DNA of 64,000 nucleotides from NCBI GenBank assembly GCA_000165345.1, contig CM000430.1, positions 512,001 to 576,000 of the forward strand, read 5' to 3'. Shown piece by piece: positions 61,430 to 64,000 of this stretch (position 1 is its first letter; each line of letters starts with the position of its first letter). The notes under the pieces were generated by a model. It saw only the letters and a program-made list of their open reading frames with translations, ran no database searches and was not told where the DNA came from. The position numbers and the translations under genes were made by a program.

Positions 61430-64000
61430 TTATTCAAAAATATATGATACCTGAGTGCCGAGGTATTTTTCTGAAACTATAGAAACTTTGTAATTTTGGA
61501 TTTTGGATAAGTTTGTTAGAGTTAACGAAACATTGAAGTTATAGTGAAGATAGTGTCTTTCATTTTCCATTAATTTGAATCTTGATTTAGAAAGCCTCTC
61601 GAGAAATACTAATTTATTAGCTTTTCTATCTTCAATATAGACCCAAGATAGGTTAAACCAATATGAAGGGAACACTTTTCTATCATCTTTAATACATATT
61701 TCAACAAGTATGGTCAAATTATTCGCTTGGACACTTACTATTGTCGACTTTAACTGAAATAGAGGGATTTCATATAAAAAATTCAATATCTGTTCTATAT
61801 TTAAATTTGCATCGTTCAATTCTTTCCTAATATTTATTTCTTTTGAAACTACTGTCTTGAATGCGATTTCATATAATGACTTGGATTTGAATTTCGATTC
61901 AAAAATGTCAAAGCTAACATTTTTTGTTTGGGGTATTTGGTAAAAAGGAGATACGAATGGATGACATTTTTGTTGTAAAGATTCAAGCAGCAGCACCGTT
62001 GAGCTAAATGCGCTTGGTGATAGATAATTTCCTAACTTATTGAGCTGGATAAATGCATGCAGAATTCTTGGAACTTGATCAAGGATAGAATTGATATCAT
62101 TTATAAAGTCTACAACCGTAACTGGGATGGAAAAAATATTTGCCTGTAATAATATGAATACTTTTTGGTGCGGACTCGTCATTGGCTCAAAAGGTAGTTT
62201 TCCAAATGGCAAATACTTAAGCATCTTAGTACAAATTTTGTCTTCATTATGCCTGACAGGATATGTTTCGAATTCTTGCGCCTGTGAGATAAGAGACAAT
62301 ATTTCTACCCAAGAAACAAAGTGGTTTTTCAAAACTTTATAATTAAGAAATTTGTTCATTTTAGAAATGGTACAACATTTTATATAAAAGAATGAAGATA
62401 TTTGTCCCAATAGTGTAGGAAATATGGATATTGGAGGGCTATTATTAGAAAATATTTCGGTAACTTTATTAATATTTGGAAATAATTTGCTCCAAGTACA
62501 ATTTTGATTTTCTGAATACTCGGACTTTCCAGGCTTTAGTCCATCGACTTCTTGTTCTAATTCATATAATTCTCTAGAGTCCTTGAGATTATTTTGGAAA
62601 TATGAGTTTGAAGTTAGGTTATATTTCGAACTTGTTGAATGATCATCTTGTCTACAAAAACTTATTCGAATGCATTTAAGCTCAATCAAAGCTCTTAATG
62701 TATCATTGATCAGTTTTTCTAAGATATAAACTATAAGTCTTACTCTTGGAACATCTAATAAAGAAGTTTGTCCCTCGGCTTGCGCTATTTCAACTTGAAA
62801 AACGTTCGGATCATAAAATGCTGGATTAATTACAACTCTTTTAAAGAAAAAAGAATTTGAGAGGAAGCATATAGCATCCGGAATTGATTTTATTGAAAGA
62901 GAAGATACTTCAGCATTAAAAATCTCAATTAGTGGCGATACTCCAAAACATGATTCAAGCGGAAGAGAATCATAAAGAAATCTTTTATAGAAAGGCTTCT
63001 TAGCCTCTAGTGTCATTATGCAGGCAACTGAATGTGAGTCGTATTGCGGTCTTCCTGATCTACCAACCATTTGAAGTACATCGGTTATTGGGTAGTCGAT
63101 GTATTGGCCAAGTTTTGCATCAAAATACTCTGTTCCTTTGATGATTGCAAAATGAGCAGGAAAATTCACACCCCAAGCTAGGGTAGATGTAGCTACTACT
63201 ATTTGAATCATTCCATTTAAGAAAAGATTTTCAACAAGGTTTCTATCTGATTCAGAAAGTCCTGCATGGTGAATGCCGATACCAGATTCTAGGGTTTGTT
63301 TTAGCGACTTATCTTTTGCCATACGAATTGAACCAGCCAAACTGAGGCCAAAACTATCTTTTTGCTCAGTATTAATAAATCTATTTGGTTGTCCCTCGCA
63401 ATAGCACATATGAGATAGAGACATTGCAGTAATTCTTGTTTGCCTCCTTGATGCTACAAAAATTATTACAGGCTTTTTTGGAGAGTGCGTGAGAATTTTA
63501 TTGTAAATTGGCCTGTTCATTGTAGCCATTCTGGGACAATAATTTTTTTCTTGAAATCCTGAAATATATACTGTGCAAGGTACTGGTCTAATCTCTGGGG
63601 GAAAATTATAGTAGCCAGAAGCACCAACTTCTAGCCAAGAAGAGAGCTCTTTTGCATTAGAAAGCGATGTAGAAAGTGAAAGAGATCTTATCTTTTTATT
63701 TACAGTGTATTTTTCAATAAAATGACTAATAAACCTAGTTTTACAAACCAGGGTTTCAACAACAGATCCTCTTGGTTCTTGACCTATTAAATGAATTTCA
63801 TCAAAAATAATGAGTTTTATATCTTGAACAAAAGATCTTGACTTGGCCCACCATCTTCTTGTGAAACTTTCCCATTTTTCTGGTGTTGAAATAATTATCG
63901 ATGCTTTTTCAAGTTCTAACAAGGAGGTTTGAGAGCTTCCAGTAATTAATACAACATTCAAGCCTAGGGTATTTGAAAATAAAAATTTCCAGTCATTAAA
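61430..64000 (-). CDS. Brr2/ASCC3(Slh1)-family Ski2-like RNA helicase. Only the C-terminal part lies in the window: helicase motifs plus a Sec63 unit. The N-terminus lies beyond the window edge.
   Basis: STPEKWESFTRRW, HHAGLSESDRNLVENLFLNGMIQIVVATSTLAWGVNFPAHFAIIKGTEYFD, YIDYPITDVLQMVGRSGRPQYD and KRFLYDSLPLES match the active C-terminal cassette of ASCC3/Slh1 closely, and Brr2 less so. The frame is open to position 64000. The ORF-track start at 63961 is a TTG. Confidence 0.8.
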   Translation of the reverse strand, partial: FNDWKFLFSNTLGLNVVLITGSSQTSLLELEKASIIISTPEKWESFTRRWWAKSRSFVQDIKLIIFDEIHLIGQEPRGSVVETLVCKTRFISHFIEKYTVNKKIRSLSLSTSLSNAKELSSWLEVGASGYYNFPPEIRPVPCTVYISGFQEKNYCPRMATMNRPIYNKILTHSPKKPVIIFVASRRQTRITAMSLSHMCYCEGQPNRFINTEQKDSFGLSLAGSIRMAKDKSLKQTLESGIGIHHAGLSESDRNLVENLFLNGMIQIVVATSTLAWGVNFPAHFAIIKGTEYFDAKLGQYIDYPITDVLQMVGRSGRPQYDSHSVACIMTLEAKKPFYKRFLYDSLPLESCFGVSPLIEIFNAEVSSLSIKSIPDAICFLSNSFFFKRVVINPAFYDPNVFQVEIAQAEGQTSLLDVPRVRLIVYILEKLINDTLRALIELKCIRISFCRQDDHSTSSKYNLTSNSYFQNNLKDSRELYELEQEVDGLKPGKSEYSENQNCTWSKLFPNINKVTEIFSNNSPPISIFPTLLGQISSFFYIKCCTISKMNKFLNYKVLKNHFVSWVEILSLISQAQEFETYPVRHNEDKICTKMLKYLPFGKLPFEPMTSPHQKVFILLQANIFSIPVTVVDFINDINSILDQVPRILHAFIQLNKLGNYLSPSAFSSTVLLLESLQQKCHPFVSPFYQIPQTKNVSFDIFESKFKSKSLYEIAFKTVVSKEINIRKELNDANLNIEQILNFLYEIPLFQLKSTIVSVQANNLTILVEICIKDDRKVFPSYWFNLSWVYIEDRKANKLVFLERLSKSRFKLMENERHYLHYNFNVSLTLTNLSKIQNYKVSIVSEKYLGTQVSYIFE

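Overview
This is a 64 kb, very AT-rich (~30% GC) stretch of a gene-dense eukaryotic chromosome. Long uninterrupted ORFs, rare very short GTAAGT...TAG introns, long poly(T) intergenic tracts and GGCGCC(AAA) upstream motifs together look like a Cryptosporidium-like apicomplexan; this is my inference from the sequence, not a database hit. It is not prokaryotic: there are no operons, no rRNA, tRNA or CRISPR features, and no mobile elements. I count about 22 protein-coding genes. Those I can name with reasonable confidence are SMC1 cohesin, a Brr2/ASCC3-family helicase (cut by the window edge), a TRM2-type tRNA m5U methyltransferase, a BET-like bromodomain+ET protein, a P5-type P-type ATPase, a Cid1/Trf4-type non-canonical poly(A) polymerase, a degenerate M16 (insulinase-like) protein and a tandem pair of SLC35-type nucleotide-sugar transporters. 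The rest are lineage-specific: a secreted tandem-repeat protein, two convergent giant proteins with signal peptides (2319 and ~2610 aa), and several membrane or coiled-coil hypotheticals. The most notable results are two spliced genes that the six-frame ORF track breaks into fragments. One is a previously unmodelled 6-exon gene at 53148-54669 with five 41-61 nt phase-0 introns, one apparently GC-AG. The other is a 3-exon cysteine-rich gene at 15435-16618. The ORF track also uses GTG/TTG starts at several loci, and I have corrected those coordinates to the first ATG where it matters. I found no single exotic new system. The most system-like feature is a cluster related to secretion and glycosylation: duplicated nucleotide-sugar transporters next to giant secreted proteins and a repeat antigen.
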